Part shown: one piece after another, positions 56,212 to 57,042 of the stretch | Numbering within the stretch: the first letter of the stretch is position 1 | Layout of the letters: every line of letters begins with the position of its first letter | IMG/VR virus record: IMGVR_UViG_3300046804_003910 | Span: 1 to 57,042 of that record | From: a virus | Taxonomy: Duplodnaviria > Caudoviricetes | Length of the DNA stretch: 57,042 bases | Strand: one strand, 5' to 3' | The notes under the pieces: model-generated | Told to the model about the DNA's origin: nothing | The model's database searches: none | The model's input: only the letters and a program-made list of their open reading frames with translations | Translations under genes and position numbers: made by a program

Positions 56212-57042
56212 ATGATAACAGAACTAAGCACAACTACATCAAATCTTGAAAAAGGCATTTTATTAACATTTAATGTGCCAACTTCTTTATTAAGTAAATA
56301 CCAAGAATATATTTGTTATTTTGATTCTCCAATGACAATCCCAGATGGAATAATAAAAACTATAAATTTTGATCCATCGTCATACAGTATTAGTGGAACT
56401 AATACTAGTAGTGCTAGTGTTTTTTTGAAAAGCACACTATCTCATCAAATAAATACAAAAATTTTAATTCGATTTGTTATCAAAGACACAAGCAATATAG
56501 TTGTCCATACAGACTACAAGTTAATTAGATGTTCTACTAGTGCTACTGTCACTATTAATGGTAAAATTTTAGTAGACAGTGGAGGTAATTATGGACCAAA
56601 TGGGGGTAGAATATTTGCAATGTCAACCCTCAATCAACTTGCACCGTCTTTAGTTACGCAAGGAGATATTCTTTCTGGAGGCGGTAGCACTACTACTATA
56701 CCAGACACCTTAATCGTGACCATAGGAACCAATATTGATCCTTTTACTTTTGAGTTGGATGTTGTGCCAAGTTCCAACATAGCACCAGGATCCATAAATG
56801 TTCCAAGACTTAATGATAATGAATATATTGGTCCATTTACTGTAACCAAAGCAACATGCGGAGGAGCAGTATTGCATAGTTATCCTGAGTATACTATATT
56901 AGATCAATATAATAATTGGACATATAAAATTAATAATAAAATATTAGCTAGATTTATTCCTGATGATCCAGATGAAGCTTATGATCTTATTATTATGCTT
57001 CCCTTAAAAGATTTTTCATCTTTAAACGATGCACAACCACAA
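56212..57042 (+). CDS. Partial ORF running off the window end (putative tail protein)
   Basis: ATG 56212 follows the previous stop; frame MITELSTTTSNLEKG... appears open to the end. Confidence 0.6.
   Translation, partial: MITELSTTTSNLEKGILLTFNVPTSLLSKYQEYICYFDSPMTIPDGIIKTINFDPSSYSISGTNTSSASVFLKSTLSHQINTKILIRFVIKDTSNIVVHTDYKLIRCSTSATVTINGKILVDSGGNYGPNGGRIFAMSTLNQLAPSLVTQGDILSGGGSTTTIPDTLIVTIGTNIDPFTFELDVVPSSNIAPGSINVPRLNDNEYIGPFTVTKATCGGAVLHSYPEYTILDQYNNWTYKINNKILARFIPDDPDEAYDLIIMLPLKDFSSLNDAQPQ

Noticed and set aside
35361-56849. Numerous short minus-strand ORFs within the TMP and tail genes
   Set aside because: They are antisense shadows of long plus-strand genes with no independent signals.
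1-57042. Alternative genetic code, tRNA genes, contractile tail sheath
   Set aside because: Genes are full length and tightly packed under the standard code; no cloverleaf or sheath-like gene was recognised.

Overview
This window is part of a large tailed dsDNA phage genome with siphovirus-like morphogenesis genes; a Planctomycetes/PVC-like host is only a weak inference. (1) 1-~3400 is visibly GC-richer and holds nine small minus-strand genes, including HU/IHF, each with its own sigma70-type promoter. They are punctuated by five 82-bp elements (two 11-7-11 palindromes spaced exactly 24 bp apart), four of which abut stop codons as integron attC sites do. (2) 3450-9490 holds an HTH protein, a phage sigma factor, a small-terminase-like gene, GDP-mannose 4,6-dehydratase, HNH and ERCC4 nucleases and the large terminase. 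(3) 9560-14830 holds the portal, protease with a nested scaffold, a decoration protein and the major capsid protein. (4) 14.9-27.4 kb is a cluster of fibre/adhesin genes containing an intergenic group I ribozyme core with no identifiable host gene. (5) 27.5-35.2 kb holds neck, tail tube and chaperone genes. (6) A 5601-aa tape-measure protein carries several enzyme-like cargo domains (SNase-like, HExxH peptidase, P-loop, HxGH nucleotidyltransferase, possible PD-(D/E)xK, ADP-ribosyltransferase) separated by recurring 'xxGG' motifs, followed by distal tail genes. All calls come from motif reading; no database search was possible.
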